From Nonlabens ponticola (lineage in GTDB: Bacteria > Bacteroidota > Bacteroidia > Flavobacteriales > Flavobacteriaceae), in assembly GCF_003966335.1 (NCBI RefSeq), contig NZ_CP034549.1, positions 2,100,001 through 2,132,000 on the forward strand: a stretch of 32,000 nt of DNA, written 5' to 3'. Shown in pieces: positions 1-9,192 of this stretch. Under the pieces are notes generated by a model. The model was not told where the DNA came from. It saw only the letters and a program-made list of their open reading frames with translations, and made no database searches. A program made the position numbers and the translations under genes. The number at the start of each line of letters is the position of its first letter. Within the stretch, counting starts at the first letter, position 1.

Positions 1-2
1 TG

Positions 3-1361
3 CGCAAGGGTCTAGCCGCAGGAATGGACATCGACACCTTTGCACCACGCTTGTCATTCTTTTGGGCTATAGGCATGAATCACTTTATGGAAATTGCCAA
101 GATGCGCGCAGCACGCATGCTGTGGGCAAAAATGATCAAGCAATTCAATCCTAAAAATCCCAAATCGCTGGCATTACGCACGCATTGCCAGACATCAGGC
201 TGGTCTCTGGCAGAACAAGATCCGTTCAACAACGTTGCGCGAACAACTATCGAGGCTGCCGCTGCCGCATTTGGTGGTACGCAGAGTTTGCATACCAATG
301 CCCTTGACGAGGCCATTGCCTTGCCTACAGATTTCAGCGCGCGTATCGCTAGGAACACGCAGATATATCTGCAGGAAGAGACTGGAATTACTAACACGGT
401 CGATCCTTGGGCTGGCTCCTATTATGTTGAATCGCTTACCGATCAAATCGCTCACAAATCCTGGGAACTTATACAAGAAGTTGAGAAATTAGGCGGAATG
501 ACCAAGGCCATTGAGGCTGGCATTCCTAAAATGCGTATAGAAGAAGCAGCCGCCAAAAAACAGGCACGTATTGATTCAAATCAGGACGTGATTGTTGGCG
601 TCAACAAATATCCTAGTCCAGACGAGGATCACATAGACACCCTTGAGGTGGACAACGCTGCCGTGCGCGCAGATCAAATCAACCGCCTAGAAAAGATCAA
701 GGCAGAACGTGACAACGATAAAGTCAATGCAGCACTGGACGCTTTAACGGCACGCGCAAAGACTGGCGATGGCAATTTGCTGGAACTAGCCGTTACCGCT
801 GCAAAGGAACGCGCCACTTTAGGTGAAATTTCAGATGCTTTGGAAAAGGAATTCGGTCGCTATCGTGCACAGATCAAGAGTGTTCAAGGTGTTTATAAAA
901 AAGAGATTATGGATGATTCCGCTTTCGCGAAAGCGCAACAATTAGCAGACGAGTTTGCAAAAAAAGAAGGTCGTCGTCCACGCATCATGATCGCAAAAAT
1001 GGGTCAAGACGGTCACGACCGTGGTGCCAAAGTAGTCGCAACAGGCTATGCAGACGTAGGATTTGACGTGGACATAGGACCACTATTCCAAACACCAGCC
1101 GAAGCAGCCAAACAAGCCGTGGAAAATGATGTGCATGTTCTAGGTGTTTCCTCACTTGCGGCAGGTCACAAAACACTTGTACCACAAGTCATGGCAGAGC
1201 TCAAGAAGTATGGCCGCGACGACATCATGATTATAGTTGGCGGCGTGATACCGCGAAAAGACTATGAATTCCTATTTGAATGCGGCGTGGCAGCAGTCTT
1301 TGGCCCTGGTACTAAGATCAGTGATGCGGCAATTGATATATTGACGTTGCTGGAAGCCTAG
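3..1361 (+). CDS. scpA: Methylmalonyl-CoA mutase, C-terminal part (5' end lies upstream of the window)
   Basis: The frame is open from nt 3 to the window edge, so the ATG at 24 is internal. The C-terminal B12-binding domain carries the DxHxxG motif ([13 protein letters not shown]). [12 protein letters not shown] and VGGVIP are typical of the MCM large subunit. Confidence 0.9.
   Translation, partial: RKGLAAGMDIDTFAPRLSFFWAIGMNHFMEIAKMRAARMLWAKMIKQFNPKNPKSLALRTHCQTSGWSLAEQDPFNNVARTTIEAAAAAFGGTQSLHTNALDEAIALPTDFSARIARNTQIYLQEETGITNTVDPWAGSYYVESLTDQIAHKSWELIQEVEKLGGMTKAIEAGIPKMRIEEAAAKKQARIDSNQDVIVGVNKYPSPDEDHIDTLEVDNAAVRADQINRLEKIKAERDNDKVNAALDALTARAKTGDGNLLELAVTAAKERATLGEISDALEKEFGRYRAQIKSVQGVYKKEIMDDSAFAKAQQLADEFAKKEGRRPRIMIAKMGQDGHDRGAKVVATGYADVGFDVDIGPLFQTPAEAAKQAVENDVHVLGVSSLAAGHKTLVPQVMAELKKYGRDDIMIIVGGVIPRKDYEFLFECGVAAVFGPGTKISDAAIDILTLLEA
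920..935. repeat. Iterated palindrome copy 1 (CGCTTTCGCGAAAGCG)
   Basis: Perfect 16-bp palindrome inside the MCM gene, read as S-AFAKA-Q. The 22 nt TTCCGCTTTCGCGAAAGCGCAA are identical to copy 5. Confidence 0.95.
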
Positions 1362-1424
1362 AATTATGTTGCTGTAACATATCAGCTTTTTTCCAGTCAT
1401 CTAACAGAACCCAAACCACAAAAG

Positions 1425-2858
1425 ATGTATCGCTCGATCATAGTTTTTCTCTCATTATTTATCAGTATAACTTCAGGCGCACAGCAATTAGAGTTAGCGC
1501 CTTATGAGTTTACGTCAAGATCAGGTGACACCATAAATGCACAGTTAGGATCATTTAAAGTTCCATTAGATAGAGCTAGCGCTACTTCTACGGATTCAAT
1601 CGACATAAGATTTGTCAGGTTTAAGAGCACGAATCCTAATCCACAGGCACCCATTGTATATCTAGCTGGTGGACCTGGCGGTGCTGGAACAGGCGCGGCA
1701 TCGGGTAATCGCTTTGAGCTTTTCATGAAATTGCGTGAGGTTGCAGATGTCATTGCCTATGATCAACGTGGTACTGGATTATCTTATCAGCCACCTGTTT
1801 GCCCTTATGACATAGCGTTTGAAACTGATCGTGCGATTGATCGCAAAGAATATGCCGATAGAACCACAGCAGGATTGAAAAAATGCATTGAGTTTTGGGA
1901 AGAAGAAAATGTCAATCCTATGGCATATAACACGAGCGAAAACGCTCAGGACATAGATGACCTTAGAAAAATACTAGGCGCTGATAAATTATCACTTTGG
2001 GGAATAAGCTATGGATCACATCTCGCCTTTGAATACATAAGACTGTTTAATGATCAGGTCGATAAGGTTGTGCTTGCAAGTCTAGAAGGCCCCAATCAAA
2101 CACTGAAATTACCAGTAAATCAAGATCAATTTCTTCAAAATATTATCGACCGCGCTGCAGACAATTATGGCACTGATCGAAAGTATCCTGATTTACAAAT
2201 GAAAATCAATTCGGTTCATGAGCGATTAAAGGATAGTCCAGTTACGGTTTCTTACAAGGATCGAAGAAATGAAGATCAAACCGTTACGTTTTCAAATTTT
2301 GAGCTGCAAACCATAATCAGTACGTTCTATTTGAAAAATCCAGGTGATTCTAAGGTGATACCGCAACTTTATTCACAGATGTATGAGGGCGATTTTACTG
2401 GTGTCGCATCATGGATAACTATTTTTAAAAGGTATTTATTCTCGCGTATGGACGTCATGTCAACGATGATGGATTTACGTGGTGGCGCCACTTTGGAAAG
2501 GCTTGAAAAAATTGAAAAACAGATCCCAACAACCATTCTTGGTGGCAATGTAAATTTTGTGCTCTACGAGTGGCAACGTGATCTAGGAATTGAACCACTG
2601 CCTAATGCGTTTAGAACACTACCCAATAATAACGTGAATGCACTTTTACTGTCCGGCACGATGGATGGCCGCACGTATGTAAATAGCGCCAAAGAAATAG
2701 CTGCAAGTTTCAATAAGGGAACGCACGTCATCCTTGAAAATGCTGGTCACGATTTGTTTATGCAGGATCCACTAGTATCTGATTTGGTGATAGACTTCTT
2801 TAAAGGTATTAAACCTGTTAGCACGTATTTCACTTTACCTGTGGTGGCTTTTGAGTAA
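1425..2858 (+). CDS. Secreted alpha/beta hydrolase, prolyl/tripeptidyl aminopeptidase-like (S33-type)
   Basis: N-terminal signal peptide (MYRSIIVFLSLFISITSGAQ). GGPGG oxyanion-type motif, GxSxG nucleophile elbow (GISYGS), C-terminal NAGHD histidine region. Confidence 0.7.
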   Translation: MYRSIIVFLSLFISITSGAQQLELAPYEFTSRSGDTINAQLGSFKVPLDRASATSTDSIDIRFVRFKSTNPNPQAPIVYLAGGPGGAGTGAASGNRFELFMKLREVADVIAYDQRGTGLSYQPPVCPYDIAFETDRAIDRKEYADRTTAGLKKCIEFWEEENVNPMAYNTSENAQDIDDLRKILGADKLSLWGISYGSHLAFEYIRLFNDQVDKVVLASLEGPNQTLKLPVNQDQFLQNIIDRAADNYGTDRKYPDLQMKINSVHERLKDSPVTVSYKDRRNEDQTVTFSNFELQTIISTFYLKNPGDSKVIPQLYSQMYEGDFTGVASWITIFKRYLFSRMDVMSTMMDLRGGATLERLEKIEKQIPTTILGGNVNFVLYEWQRDLGIEPLPNAFRTLPNNNVNALLLSGTMDGRTYVNSAKEIAASFNKGTHVILENAGHDLFMQDPLVSDLVIDFFKGIKPVSTYFTLPVVAFE

Positions 2859-2864
2859 GTTTTA

Positions 2865-3656
2865 TTAATTTTTGTTTCTTCTCTCTCGTCTTTCCTGGCG
2901 TTCTTTATTACGCTTATAAAAATAGATTCTGCGCCTTTCTTTGACGGTTAGGTCGTTGGAGTCTTGCTTTAATAATTCCTGCATTTCAGCTACCTCTGAT
3001 TTTGAAATGCTTTTCTCATTGCGCATGCTGGGATTGTATCTTACACCTAAAGCAAAACTGAGATAATTACCATTATCAAAATCATCACCTAGTGCATCGG
3101 CTGTACTAATATTGTAAGAAACAAGCTCATAACTAGGGCTTACAAATACAGAAATATCCTTATTGAATGAGTAATCAATACTTGATGTAAATCTCAAGAC
3201 ATTACCACTGTCTCTAAAGCGTCCAGATCCCTGATCAAAGTTTTGTCTATTTTTATTCTGGCTATATCCGTAACCTATGTCTGCGGTTGCATTCCACGTC
3301 TCATTTATCCTAAAATCGTACCCTACAAATAGGTAGGCGTTGAATTTTGTGCTGCGATCAAACTCACCAATAACATTCGTGTCTTGCACATCAAAATAGT
3401 CCAAGCTTAATGCACCACCTACATAAATATCATCATATACCTTAAATGCCAATCGCGAACCAAAACCATAGCCAAATTCAAGTCCATTGCCTATAAAATT
3501 GTCACCTGAAGGAACCGTACGCTGCATGTGTAAATCAAACATAAAGGCGCGTTCTAGGACTTCATCCTTATCGTTAGCTATAATGGACTGCCCTTGACAA
3601 AAAGAATAGCCAGTAACAAGCATCAAAAAAACCAAACTTTTAATAATTGATCTCAT
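2865..3656 (-). CDS. Outer-membrane beta-barrel (porin-family-like) protein with a basic C-terminal extension
   Basis: Signal peptide, followed by alternating aromatic/glycine-rich strand pattern (YGFGSRLAF, VGYDFRI, IGYGYSQ, LGVRYNP). The last ~55 aa are helical and charged (KERRRIYFYKRNKERQERRERRNKN). Overlaps the upstream lipoprotein gene by 17 nt. Confidence 0.6.
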   Translation of the reverse strand: MRSIIKSLVFLMLVTGYSFCQGQSIIANDKDEVLERAFMFDLHMQRTVPSGDNFIGNGLEFGYGFGSRLAFKVYDDIYVGGALSLDYFDVQDTNVIGEFDRSTKFNAYLFVGYDFRINETWNATADIGYGYSQNKNRQNFDQGSGRFRDSGNVLRFTSSIDYSFNKDISVFVSPSYELVSYNISTADALGDDFDNGNYLSFALGVRYNPSMRNEKSISKSEVAEMQELLKQDSNDLTVKERRRIYFYKRNKERQERRERRNKN

Positions 3657-4347
3657 AGCGCTCTTCTGGATTATTTACGGGAAATTCTTGAGTGATATCG
3701 TTGCCTTCGGTATCCGTGTAGTCAATACTAATAATTGATGGAAAGAAAGCTAGTAGCTGTGTGCTCTCATCTGAGTTTTCAGCGTTGATGGTAACTCGTG
3801 ACTCATCGCTAAATTCACAAAATTCATCTATGACAAATTCATCGTTGATATAAAATTCATTGCAAAAAGTGGCAAAGTAATTTAGTCTAACTTCGATAGG
3901 ATCTGTTGTACCGCTCACATTCTCAAAGTCAATGATAATTTGTGAAACTTTTCTTATGACAATTTCCTCAATCTCGAGAGTTAAATCCTCATCAAAGCTT
4001 GTTTCATCAACCTCGATAACACGTACTTCCTCATTGGACATTTCAATAGTGACGTAGTACCTGAAGTTTGTATCGTATAGCGTTAGAAAAGAGACCTCGC
4101 CGTTTGCATCGGTCATTCCTTGACCCAAGAGAAAATCTTCATCAGCTGGCGAGAATTTGGAAATGTTCTGGTTTGAAAAACGAAAATCATTAGTTCTAAA
4201 GGTAGTTAGCTTGACTTTTAGATTGTCCATCGGCGCACCGCTGGCATTGACAACTCTTGTTTTAAAAAATCCACGTTTGTCGTTGTCAAGCCGTGCCTCG
4301 CAAGAAACGAGCAGACTTACCAGAATTAATAATATCAATTTTTTCAT
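3640..4347 (-). CDS. Hypothetical lipoprotein
   Basis: The likely start is the internal ATG at 4347, which gives MKKLILLILVSLLVSCEA, a lipobox with Cys. The 17 residues upstream in the ORF track look non-coding. Acidic, beta-rich body. Probably co-transcribed with 2865..3656. Confidence 0.6.
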   Translation of the reverse strand: MKKLILLILVSLLVSCEARLDNDKRGFFKTRVVNASGAPMDNLKVKLTTFRTNDFRFSNQNISKFSPADEDFLLGQGMTDANGEVSFLTLYDTNFRYYVTIEMSNEEVRVIEVDETSFDEDLTLEIEEIVIRKVSQIIIDFENVSGTTDPIEVRLNYFATFCNEFYINDEFVIDEFCEFSDESRVTINAENSDESTQLLAFFPSIISIDYTDTEGNDITQEFPVNNPEERYEINY

Positions 4348-4477
4348 AGGTTGGATTTGAGGTAAGATGCATAAAGACCTTATAGGATGCGTGTGCAATT
4401 GTTAATTGCTTGATAAATGAGTGCTAACGTTACATTAGAATTGAACGTTCTACCATCAAACCATTCTATCTTTCAGC

Positions 4478-5029
4478 ATGATACGATTCACACTCAGCAT
4501 TTTATTTATCGCTCTTATGTCTTGCAATACCAACACTGCTACCCTATTTGATTTTGAAAAGGGAGCCGATATCTCAAATTGGCAAATCGAGGACGACAGA
4601 GTCATGGGTGGCATTTCTCAAGGAAATTTCGAATTAAACGATGACGGTCATGGTCATTTTCATGGTATTGTCACAGTAGAAAGTAACGGTGGATTTAGTT
4701 CTGTACAGAACAATTCATATGACGTAAATGTTGATCCAAGCAATCATATTAAATTGAGAGTCAAAGGTGATGGACACACTTACCAGCTTAGAGTTAAGGA
4801 TCAGCAAAGCACTCGTCACAGTTATGTAGCCGACTTTGAGACAAGTGGCAACTGGCAAACGGTTGAAATACTACTATCTAGTATGAAACCTACCTATCGA
4901 GGAAGATCTGTTGACCAACCTAATTTTGATAAAAACTATTTGAGCCAAGTAAGAATTATGATAGGCACCAAAAAGAAACAAGAGCCTTTTGATCTCTTGA
5001 TTGACAAGATTGAGTTGGTTACTGAGTAG
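4478..5029 (+). CDS. CIA30 family protein (complex I intermediate-associated protein 30-like domain)
   Basis: Lipoprotein-like leader (FIALMSCN). The DDRVMGGIS ... NGGFSSV pattern is characteristic of the CIA30 domain. Confidence 0.65.
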   Translation: MIRFTLSILFIALMSCNTNTATLFDFEKGADISNWQIEDDRVMGGISQGNFELNDDGHGHFHGIVTVESNGGFSSVQNNSYDVNVDPSNHIKLRVKGDGHTYQLRVKDQQSTRHSYVADFETSGNWQTVEILLSSMKPTYRGRSVDQPNFDKNYLSQVRIMIGTKKKQEPFDLLIDKIELVTE

Positions 5030-5035
5030 AATTAG

Positions 5036-5779
5036 CTATTCTTTTGGCTCTATAGCTTTCATCATATCCAGCGCAAGAAAACTAGTATCCTTGTTGTAAT
5101 ACCAATGGCGATATGCTGGAATTTTGATATCGTCAATTATTTCTTCCCTAGAAAGTAATATATACTCACCCGACTGTGGATCAATCGCACCATCTTCTTT
5201 TGTCTTAAAAAATTGATAGGCCTTGAGCTTGTAGCTTTCTGGATCAAAATAGAAAAACCAGACATCGCTACCGACTTCTGGGTCATAAGTGACTTTGATC
5301 TTCAAGTAATCCGAACCCCATTGGGTCACCTCTTCTACTTCTTCGTGAACCATCGTGCCTTGATCCTTGAGTTTCATAGGCAGTCCATATAGATAAGTGT
5401 AATAGTCGCGCATGAAATAACCACGATCGATCCTGTCTTGATCTGGACTTGAAACCAGCTCGCCGTTGTTTCTGTAAATTACTTTCTCTGGCGTGACCAG
5501 GTATTGCTGCGATACTGTATCCACCATACTGGTGAGTATGAAACGCTCTTTAGGCAAATTAATATCTACGTGGCTCAGCCTTTCTGGTCGATCTGGCATG
5601 CGCATGAGGACTTCAAACTCACCTTGAAACGTGGGCCAGCTGTTGCTAGGATCGTGATACTGTATGGATTTGCCGATGATTTCTTGTGCAGTGAGCTGTT
5701 GGGATTCCGCCACTTCGACTTGGCTCAGTGCAGGTTTCGCGAAAGCAAAAACCAAAACAACCATCATTACATATTTCAT
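5036..5779 (-). CDS. Hypothetical secreted protein
   Basis: A start at MKYVMMVVLVFAFAKPALSQ (ATG at 5779) gives a clean signal peptide. The ORF track start at 5803 is also possible. I recognise no catalytic motif. Confidence 0.55.
   Translation of the reverse strand: MKYVMMVVLVFAFAKPALSQVEVAESQQLTAQEIIGKSIQYHDPSNSWPTFQGEFEVLMRMPDRPERLSHVDINLPKERFILTSMVDTVSQQYLVTPEKVIYRNNGELVSSPDQDRIDRGYFMRDYYTYLYGLPMKLKDQGTMVHEEVEEVTQWGSDYLKIKVTYDPEVGSDVWFFYFDPESYKLKAYQFFKTKEDGAIDPQSGEYILLSREEIIDDIKIPAYRHWYYNKDTSFLALDMMKAIEPKE
5733..5746. repeat. Iterated palindrome copy 2, 13/14 variant (GGTTTCGCGAAAGC)
   Basis: Inside the signal peptide of the minus-strand gene 5036..5779, read as AFAKP. Confidence 0.8.
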
Positions 5780-5842
5780 AATACGGGAATTAAAAAATGC
5801 CATCAGAAACCTGATAGCATTGTAAAAATAAGTGGTTTGTAA

Positions 5843-6193
5843 TTAATCCTTGTGCATGAAAGCCTGCTTGGCTCTCAAGGTTGCCTCATCCTCTACCACA
5901 TCTTCATCTGGTACGCAACAGTCCACGGGACATACGGCGGCACATTGTGGCTCTTCATGGAAGCCTACACACTCTGTACACTTGTCTGGCACGATGTAGT
6001 AGAACTCGTCACTTACAGGTTCCTGCGTCTCATTGGCATCGACTTCTTTGCCTGATGGCAGGACCACATTGCCGTCAAGATCAGTACCGTCTGCATAGCG
6101 CCAATCGTCAGCTGCCTCATAAATAGCCGTGTTGGGACATTCAGGCTCGCAAGCGCCGCAGTTGATACATTCGTCTGTGATGATGATCGCCAT
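5843..6193 (-). CDS. 4Fe-4S dicluster ferredoxin
   Basis: Two cluster motifs: [12 protein letters not shown] and CTECVG...[10 protein letters not shown]. Confidence 0.85.
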   Translation of the reverse strand: MAIIITDECINCGACEPECPNTAIYEAADDWRYADGTDLDGNVVLPSGKEVDANETQEPVSDEFYYIVPDKCTECVGFHEEPQCAAVCPVDCCVPDEDVVEDEATLRAKQAFMHKD

Positions 6194-6205
6194 AGCTGTT
6201 TTCTT

Positions 6206-6213
6206 TACTTTTG
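6206..6213 (+). promoter_or_regulatory. Candidate Bacteroidota -7 box (TACTTTTG) for the acyl-CoA reductase-like gene
   Basis: Matches TAnnTTTG. Lies 18 nt upstream of the TTG start at 6231. Confidence 0.35.
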
Positions 6214-6215
6214 TG

Positions 6216-6223
6216 CAAAAATA
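6216..6223 (-). promoter_or_regulatory. Candidate Bacteroidota -7 box (TATTTTTG on the minus strand) for the ferredoxin gene
   Basis: The reverse complement of CAAAAATA matches TAnnTTTG. Lies ~23 nt upstream of the ferredoxin ATG (6193). Back-to-back with the plus-strand box. Confidence 0.35.
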
Positions 6224-6230
6224 ACTACCA

Positions 6231-7337
6231 TTGTCTGTAGCGCCAATTAATACCTCGTTAAATGATCGTATTCAAGCCTTTGCTCACGCTGGCACAGTGC
6301 TTTCCGATTACCTAAAGTCAGATGATCATCAAGATCAGAGTCATGCACAACTTATTGAGGATGCACTGATTAGCGCACAGCAAAACAACTCGTGGTTTAC
6401 TCGTGACAATCTGGTATTTGCCTTGCACGAATGGAGTGAAGCATTGACAGTAGAAAATCTAGAGTCCTGGCTTGCGCCCTATCACATAAGCAATATCAAG
6501 CCAGTAACTGTTGGTGTAATTGCCGCAGGAAATATACCGTTGGTTGGTTTACACGATGTACTCTCCATCATTCTGGTGGGTCATCACGCGTTAATAAAGA
6601 CCAGTTCTAACGATCAGGTATTACTGCCCATGGTTCTAGAATTAGCAGCAAGCCACAAACCAGAACTCAAGAATTCTTACACCATCACCGATGGTAGACT
6701 AGAGAATTATGATGCGGTCATTGCGACAGGTAGCGATAATACGGCTCGATATTTTGAGCATTACTTTGGCCAAAAGCCTAATATCATACGCAAAAACCGA
6801 AATTCCATTGCCGTACTGGATGGAACGGAATCTCACGAGCAGCTGGTCGCCTTAAGTGATGATGTGTTTTTGTTTTTTGGATTGGGTTGTCGCAGCGTGA
6901 GCCATCTTAAGGTGCCTGTTGATTATAATTTTGATGCATTTTTCAAGGCTATGTATGAGAAAAGAGAAATTATCAGTTACTTCAAGTATGCCAATAACTA
7001 TGATTACAACAAGGCAGTTTATTTGATGAGCGAGTTCAAATTGCTGGACAATGAATTCTTAATCCTTAAAGAAGAAGCAGATTCCTATGCCTCGCCTATT
7101 GCATCATTAGGTTACAGTCATTATCAGGATCTTGACGATATCAAATCTGAGATTGCCACAAATGCAGAAAAACTACAATGCGTGGCCTGCACATCCAGCA
7201 TGCAGGAACAATTAGCACCAGCAATTGCAAACTTGCAAACGCCACAATTGGTTGACTTAGGTAATACCCAGAAACCTAGACTACAAGATTATGCAGATGG
7301 CGTTGACACCGTGCAGTTTCTGTTGACATTATCTTAA
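6231..7337 (+). CDS. Acyl-CoA reductase (LuxC-like) family protein
   Basis: TTG start. [12 protein letters not shown] and [14 protein letters not shown] segments resemble LuxC-type acyl-CoA reductases. As I recall, its position between ferredoxin and serC is the usual flavobacterial arrangement. Confidence 0.6.
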   Translation: MSVAPINTSLNDRIQAFAHAGTVLSDYLKSDDHQDQSHAQLIEDALISAQQNNSWFTRDNLVFALHEWSEALTVENLESWLAPYHISNIKPVTVGVIAAGNIPLVGLHDVLSIILVGHHALIKTSSNDQVLLPMVLELAASHKPELKNSYTITDGRLENYDAVIATGSDNTARYFEHYFGQKPNIIRKNRNSIAVLDGTESHEQLVALSDDVFLFFGLGCRSVSHLKVPVDYNFDAFFKAMYEKREIISYFKYANNYDYNKAVYLMSEFKLLDNEFLILKEEADSYASPIASLGYSHYQDLDDIKSEIATNAEKLQCVACTSSMQEQLAPAIANLQTPQLVDLGNTQKPRLQDYADGVDTVQFLLTLS

Positions 7338-7408
7338 AAACTTAGTGTTTTGGTAACACAAATAGCACAGCAATTTTTGATCTTTGAATAAATCTAAAAA
7401 TCTGTTTG

Positions 7409-8470
7409 ATGCTCAAGCACAACTTTAGCGCAGGACCCTGCGTACTACCTCAAGAAGTATTTAAAAAAGCTGCTGATGCAGTTTTAAACTTCAACGATCT
7501 CAGCATACTAGAAATTTCTCACCGCAGCAAGGATTTTGTCGAGGTGATGGAAAAGGCTAGATCACTTGCATTAGAGCATTTAGGATTGACTGGCAAGGGC
7601 TACACCGCACTGTATTTAGGTGGTGGTGCGAGCATGCAATTTCTCATGGTAGCCTATAACCTACTTGAGAATAAAGCTGCTTATTTGGATACAGGAACCT
7701 GGTCTGCCAAGGCGATCAAAGAAGCCAAAATGTTTGGCGATGTGAATGTTGTGGCTTCTTCCAAGGAGTCTAACTACAACTATATTCCTAAAGACTACAC
7801 CGTACCAACTGATGTGGATTACTTCCACTTTCAAACCAACAACACCATTTTTGGAACTCAGTTGCATGAAACACCAGATGTTAAGGTGCCGCTGGTATGT
7901 GATATGAGTAGTGATATCATGTCCAGACAACGCAACTTTGACGCTTATGACTTAATTTATGCTGGCGCACAGAAAAACATGGGTCCTGCTGGAGCCACAT
8001 TGATAGTGGTCAAGGATGAAATCTTAGGCAAAGTAAGCCGTCAAATTCCGTCCATGCTGGACTATAAGGTTCATGCGAGTAAAGATTCCATGTTTAATAC
8101 GCCACCTGTTTTCCCAATCTATGTGACTATGCTCACGCTAGAATGGCTCAAGGCAAACGGTGGTATCGACTGGGTTGAGACCTTGAATAAAGAAAAAGCA
8201 GCCAAAATCTATAATGAGATCGATAATAATCCGCTATTTAAGGGGTTTGTAACAAATCCAGAAGATCGTTCCATCATGAACGTTACGTTCTCGCTACACG
8301 ATGAGAGCCTAAAGGACCGATTTGATACGTTGTGGAAAGAAGCTGGCATCAACGGCTTGAATGGTCACAGATCTGTAGGTGGTTACCGTGCTAGTATTTA
8401 TAATGCTCTTACCATAGACAGCATCGATGCATTGGTGGCAACCATGAAAGAACTGGAGCGCACTGCATAG
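7409..8470 (+). CDS. serC: 3-phosphoserine / phosphohydroxythreonine aminotransferase
   Basis: FSAGPCVLPQEV N-terminus, ISHRSK motif, GAQKNMGPAG (PLP lysine region), GGYRASIYNA C-terminal motif. The ATG at 7409 is preferred over the TTG at 7406. Confidence 0.9.
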   Translation: MLKHNFSAGPCVLPQEVFKKAADAVLNFNDLSILEISHRSKDFVEVMEKARSLALEHLGLTGKGYTALYLGGGASMQFLMVAYNLLENKAAYLDTGTWSAKAIKEAKMFGDVNVVASSKESNYNYIPKDYTVPTDVDYFHFQTNNTIFGTQLHETPDVKVPLVCDMSSDIMSRQRNFDAYDLIYAGAQKNMGPAGATLIVVKDEILGKVSRQIPSMLDYKVHASKDSMFNTPPVFPIYVTMLTLEWLKANGGIDWVETLNKEKAAKIYNEIDNNPLFKGFVTNPEDRSIMNVTFSLHDESLKDRFDTLWKEAGINGLNGHRSVGGYRASIYNALTIDSIDALVATMKELERTA

Positions 8471-8479
8471 TGATGATAG

Positions 8480-8501
8480 TTACGCTTTCGCGAAAGCGTA
8501 A
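8480..8501. repeat. Iterated palindrome copy 3, extended 22-bp perfect form (TTACGCTTTCGCGAAAGCGTAA)
   Basis: Intergenic, 10 nt after the serC stop. Confidence 0.95.
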
Positions 8502-8565
8502 TTATCAAAATCTCACTACAAGAAACAACAAACAAACAAACCAATTCAAAATTTCTAACAAGTTG

Positions 8566-9189
8566 ATGATGAGCGACTGGAAAAACATGTGGGACGAGCG
8601 ATATGCAAAGGATGAATATGCTTATGGCTTGCTGCCCAATGTGTTTTTTGCCCAGCAATTAGATCAGCTGGCCAACGGTAAATTATTACTGCCAGCAGAA
8701 GGTGAAGGCCGCAATGCTGTGCACGCAGCACGCAGCGGTTGGGAAGTTCACGCGTTTGACATAAGTGAGCAAGCCCAAGAAAAGGCGCAGAAACTTGCCG
8801 AGAATAATGATGTAGAGTTGCATTATCAAGTAGGTGATCTACCTGATCTAGATTATGAAGAAGAATCCTTTGATGCCATAGCATTGGTTTTTGGGCATTT
8901 CCCAGCAGATATTCGGCAGGATTATCATAAGCGACTCATCAAACTGCTCAAAAAAGGTGGTGTTTTGATTCTGGAAGGATTTGACGAGCAGCACCTAGCA
9001 TACAGAGAAAAAAATCCAAAAGTAGGCGGTCCTAAAACTGAGGACTTGCTCTTTACTAAGGATGAGATTACAGAAACTTTCCAGGATTTTGAAATCAAAA
9101 GACTGGAACAAGCTGAAGTAGAACTAAAAGAAGGAAACTACCATGATGGCACTGGTCATGTGATACGTTTCGTTGGAATAAAAAATTAG
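8566..9189 (+). CDS. Class I SAM-dependent methyltransferase
   Basis: Motif I-like LLPAEGEGRNAVHAA, then acidic loop HAFDIS and post-I/II segments. I start it at ATGATG 8566. The upstream 32 codons in the ORF track translate the intergenic palindrome and an AAAC-rich tract. Confidence 0.7.
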   Translation: MMSDWKNMWDERYAKDEYAYGLLPNVFFAQQLDQLANGKLLLPAEGEGRNAVHAARSGWEVHAFDISEQAQEKAQKLAENNDVELHYQVGDLPDLDYEEESFDAIALVFGHFPADIRQDYHKRLIKLLKKGGVLILEGFDEQHLAYREKNPKVGGPKTEDLLFTKDEITETFQDFEIKRLEQAEVELKEGNYHDGTGHVIRFVGIKN

Positions 9190-9192
9190 AAC

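Noticed and set aside
80-1185. Antisense or overlapping ORFs inside the MCM gene (80..397 -, 195..476 -, 235..492 +, 985..1185 -). Similar shadow ORFs lie inside other long genes, for example 1502..1753, 4157..4360, 5504..5842, 5852..6126, 7661..7930, 8555..8884, 9571..10109, 11930..12286, 17003..17533, 18145..18631, 19377..19829, 20815..21138, 21334..22002, 24030..24269, 24481..24690, 25480..25674, 25980..26210, 27633..27821, 28115..28372 and 30509..30700.
   Set aside because: Each lies wholly within a longer ORF that has clear family motifs. Their translations are low-complexity or Cys/Arg/Ser-rich, as is typical of out-of-frame readings. None has its own promoter-like box.
1251-1260. Half-sites of the iterated palindrome (CCGCGAAAAG at 1251-1260, ATCGCGAAC near 3451).
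   Set aside because: Only one arm is present. These matches are too short to distinguish from chance.
8527-8545. AACAAACAAACAAACC short tandem tract upstream of the methyltransferase, considered as a phase-variation repeat.
   Set aside because: There are only about three to four units and the tract is intergenic. This is too short for slipped-strand switching to be a credible claim.
8470-8565. N-terminal 32-codon extension of the methyltransferase ORF (MMIVTLSRKRNYQNLTTRNNKQTNQFKISNKL).
   Set aside because: It translates the intergenic palindrome (TLSRKR) and an AAAC-rich tract, and its start overlaps the serC stop. The methyltransferase fold begins after the ATGATG at 8566.
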